A stretch of DNA of 64,000 bases, taken from assembly GCF_009914755.1 (NCBI RefSeq), contig NC_060928.1, one strand, 5' to 3'. Numbering within the stretch: the first letter of the stretch is position 1; every line of letters begins with the position of its first letter. The DNA is from the human T2T-CHM13v2.0 reference genome, Homo sapiens. Below the pieces are notes generated by a model, which was given only the letters and a program-made list of their open reading frames with translations, was not told where the DNA came from and made no database searches. Of this stretch, positions 59,971 through 64,000 are shown piece after piece. A program made the translations under genes and the position numbers.

Positions 59971-62520
59971 AATATTGCTTGTTGCTCTAGTGCAGGCTCT
60001 TAATATTTTATTAAAGAAAATGATGATAAATGACTTGTTATTCACCTTGTAATAATATCCTTGAGTCCATGCCATGGAAGTAACTTATAAGTAAGATCAT
60101 TTTAGGATAAGTTTCTTTTAGTACATTACATTTCTCTTAGTAAGTAAAGGCCCCAAATAGTATCCCTCTCCCCAGGGTTTCACAGTTGAGTGTGAAACCC
60201 TGGGACACACTGAACTGGATGGAACAGATAATAGCTTCATCCTGGCCCACTGTATTGCCTGCCCATTGTGGCACTGGCTGAACTCACTGTTATTTAATGC
60301 TGCTAACACTTGGATTTTCTCGGAAAAAAATCTTTCTCAACATAATGAAAATACCACAAAACTTCAAACCCTGAGTAGCAATAGTCAACTCAATAACCCA
60401 ATCTGGTCCCAGTTGCAAAGTGAACCCATTTGAAGAGAAGCTTGTAGACATATAAAGTGCCTGCTTAATATGCTAACCACATTTTTCTCTTCATTTTTTT
60501 TCCTCAATGTGGGTAACAAAGTTATAAGTCAATTAATACTGGTTTCGAATTTGAAAGTAAAATCTCTAACTTGCTTCAATTACTTCTTTGATTTGAAAGC
60601 TAGCTGTTTCAAAAGATGTTGCAAATTGAATAATACGTTAATATGCTTTCACAGATGATTGCCTTCAGGGAGAGTTTATCATTAGGAGTGTGTGCAATTT
60701 TTTAGTTAGAACACAAAAATGTGGTAACAAGAAAAACAGATCATTCATGCTACCCATTTAATAAATATGGAACTAACATTTGTCATGTCCCAGGCCTTAT
60801 GCTGAACACTGGGAATATAGTAGGAGACAAAATAGATAAAGGGTCTGTCCTCTTGGTGCAGGATTACATTAATTGAGTGAATTTATGTCAGATTATGTAA
60901 CCGATTTGACTGAGCAGTCTCAACAACTTGGGAATAAACATAGAACTATTTTATTTTTCCAGTAAATGTTTTCAACTCTGCTCTGTTAATCCTCCATCTC
61001 ACTGGATAGCAGGATCCCTAATGCGATCTCAGTCCTAGTCTATAACTTGCTGTCCCTTTCAGTTATTAAAACATAATGTCTGTGCTTAAAACTCAGTTCT
61101 GTTTATTTTAAAACTTGAATCAGTTGATCAAGGCTCCCCTTTCCTCCCATGCAATTAGACTTAGCTTAGGGGAGTACGAATGGAGTGTGGTGGCTCTTTC
61201 ACACCACACCCTCCTTTCCTGCAGTTTTCATCCTCCTAATTCCAACTCAGAAGGGTGAGAAAAGAGGTTGTCTGGTTATGGGACAGTCCAGGCAATGCTG
61301 ATGTTCCCTTTCTCGTGGTAATCGCCACTGATGAAGCCACGATAGACACAGTAATAGACATGGTGTGGGGAGCCAGTGCCCTAACCGGCTCATTAATGAG
61401 GTATTTATCCCAAGTAGCTTCCCTAGGATTTGGCAGTCTCTTGAGAGACTCAGCCACATCTTCCAGCTTGGTTCCTCGTACTATATTCCTCTGATGTGCA
61501 TACCCTTTTTCTCCACACTGGAACAGCAAACCTACGACCCCAAATCTCAACTATGCTCTGTGGTTCCAATTCTGGAGTGTATGTATGAGCATAGGCTAGA
61601 TCCATCTTCTGTACCTATTTGGAAACACACATTTCCTACCTGGCCTGGCATTGCCACACACTGTCTCAGACCACTTTCCTGATATTTCCCCTCCTCAGGT
61701 AAAAGCGAATCATCAAGCCCAGTGGCAGCAAGTATATCCCACTAGGAAAGGAGATAACTAGTCTCCAGACACATTCTTATTTACCAGTACCTATCTTGCT
61801 CACCACGCCCCACTTCTTTGGCTTACCCCTTCTCTGTAGAGAAATCAGAAGAGTGAACTATTTCATGATGCTGCCCTCAATGGCCACATGGTGTATTAGC
61901 CAGTTATGCAGTGGCCCGTTCCCCAGCATGTGAGATGCCTGAAACTAGCAGGCCTCCAGAAAGGAGACCTGAGAAATTACAGGTGAAATGCGTGTGGGAA
62001 ATAGACCTGGAGCAATCCAGATGCATAGTGTCTGTTTTGTAGGATCGATTAAAGTTGAACATAGGCCTACTCTATGACTCAGCAATTCTTTTTTCTAATT
62101 GTAAATTGACAATTTATAATTGTATAAATGTATGTAATTTGTATAATATAACCAATGGGACACAAAATGATGCAAAACAATGTAGAATAATTAATATAGT
62201 TAAATATTTATCATCTCAAATTCTTAATATTTTTTGTGGTGAGAACATTTCAAATTTACTCTTAGCAATTTCAAAATGTAAAATACTGTAACTATATTCA
62301 TCATGCTGTGCAATAGATCTTCAAAAAGTAATTCCTCTTGTCTGAGATTTTGTACCCTTTGACCAACATCTCCCCATTCTCCCCATGCCCCAGCCTTTGT
62401 ACCACAGAACCATATTATCATATTCTACTCTCTGCTTCTATTAGTTCAATTATTTTAGATTCTACCTATAACTAAGATCATGCAGTATATGTCTTTCTGT
62501 GCCTGAATTATTTCACTTAG

Positions 62521-62923
<403 letters not shown>

Positions 62924-63317
62924 TACCATGTTTTCTTTATTCATTCATCTGTTGGTAGACGTTTAGGTTGATTCCAAACTTGGCTATTGTAAATAGTACT
63001 GCAATGAACATGAGAGTGCAGATGTCTCTTTGACAAACTGATTTCAAACTTTTGGAGCAAATACTCAGAAGTGGGATTGCTGGATTATATGGTAATTTTG
63101 TTTTTAAATTTTTTAGGAACCTCCATACTTTTTTCCAAAATGGCTGTACTAATTTACATTCCCAAGAACAGGGTAAAAGGGTTCCCTTTCTCCAAGTCCT
63201 TGACAACACTTATCTTTCATGTTTTTGATGATAGCCATTCTAGCAGAAGTGAGATCATCTTATTGTGGTTTTAATTTGTATTTCTCTAATAATTAATGTT
63301 GAGCACTTTTTCATGAA

Positions 63318-63475
63318 CAGTCATTCCTAGATATACTCAGGCTATTGGTTCCAGGACCTCCTTTAATACCAAAATGTGAGCATACTCAAGTCCCACAGTC
63401 AGCCCTGTGGAACCCACAAAATTCACATATAAGTAGAACTGCATAGTTCAAACCAGGATTGTTAAGGATCAACTG
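63318..63475. mobile_element. MER8-like Tigger MITE with internal deletion, nested in the L1MA
   Basis: CAGTCATTCCT...ATTGGTTCCAGGACC...CTCAAGTCCCACAGTCAGCCCTGTGGAACCC...GTTCAAACC...GATCAACTG|TA. Confidence 0.72.
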
Positions 63476-64000
63476 TATCCTGTTGGCCATTTGTATGTCT
63501 TCTTTTGAGAAACATATGACCCAACAATTCCACTTCTAGGCATATACTCAACAAAAATGAGTATATATGCACCCCCCAAATGGTACAACAGTATTCATAA
63601 TGACATTTTTCATAATAGCCCAGAACTGGAAATAAATAGTAGAAATGTAGTAGAATGGCTACATACATTGTAGCATTCCCACAAAGGAATACTTTATAGC
63701 AAAGAAAAGAAATAAACTCCTGCCATATGCAACATGGGTGAATTTCACAAATATAATATTAAGGAAAAGGAGCCAGAAGCAAGAAAAATACATAATGTAT
63801 GATTCCATTTATATGAAGTTCAAAAGTAGGCAGCACTACAAGATGGTGCCTGGTGCCAGGATAACAATTCCCCTTGGGGAGGGGGTGTATATAACAGTGG
63901 GAGAATGGGTGCTATCAATGTTCTATCTTTTGATCCAAGGTTGTTCATTGAGCTCTATACTTATAATTTATGCAGTTTTATGTGAAGTAGGTGAATTACA

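Noticed and set aside
61236-61682. Overlapping 70-105 aa ORFs on both strands
   Set aside because: No motif or codon pattern favouring any frame; may be an ancient LTR-element relic that I cannot name.

Overview
Repeat-dense human non-coding DNA (an essentially consensus AluYb8 points to Homo sapiens). I found no credible host protein-coding gene, tRNA, rRNA or CRISPR array; the ORF track is explained by decayed retroelement frames and Alu/L1 antisense ORFs. Bases 1-5999 hold a minus-strand HERV-S/HERVL18-type provirus (LTR18-like 5' LTR, tRNA-Ser PBS, gag, pro, pol and a gamma-type env running off the left edge), nested in a Tigger1 end inside an old L1M. The rest contains an ERVL/LTR16 remnant, L1MA, a full-length dead L1PA7-like element, a twin-primed L1PA3-like insertion, about 12 Alus, several solo LTRs and DNA transposon relics. 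I see no new gene system. The least-explained features are a 140-bp hairpin (52900-53039) whose loop is an inverted copy of a nearby L1 segment, a 30-bp Alu fragment apparently copied from a neighbouring Alu, and in the provirus a dUTPase-like relic, an ambiguous gag-pro recoding site and an in-frame duplication of the integrase active-site region. Subfamily names come from recalled consensus features, not from a database search.
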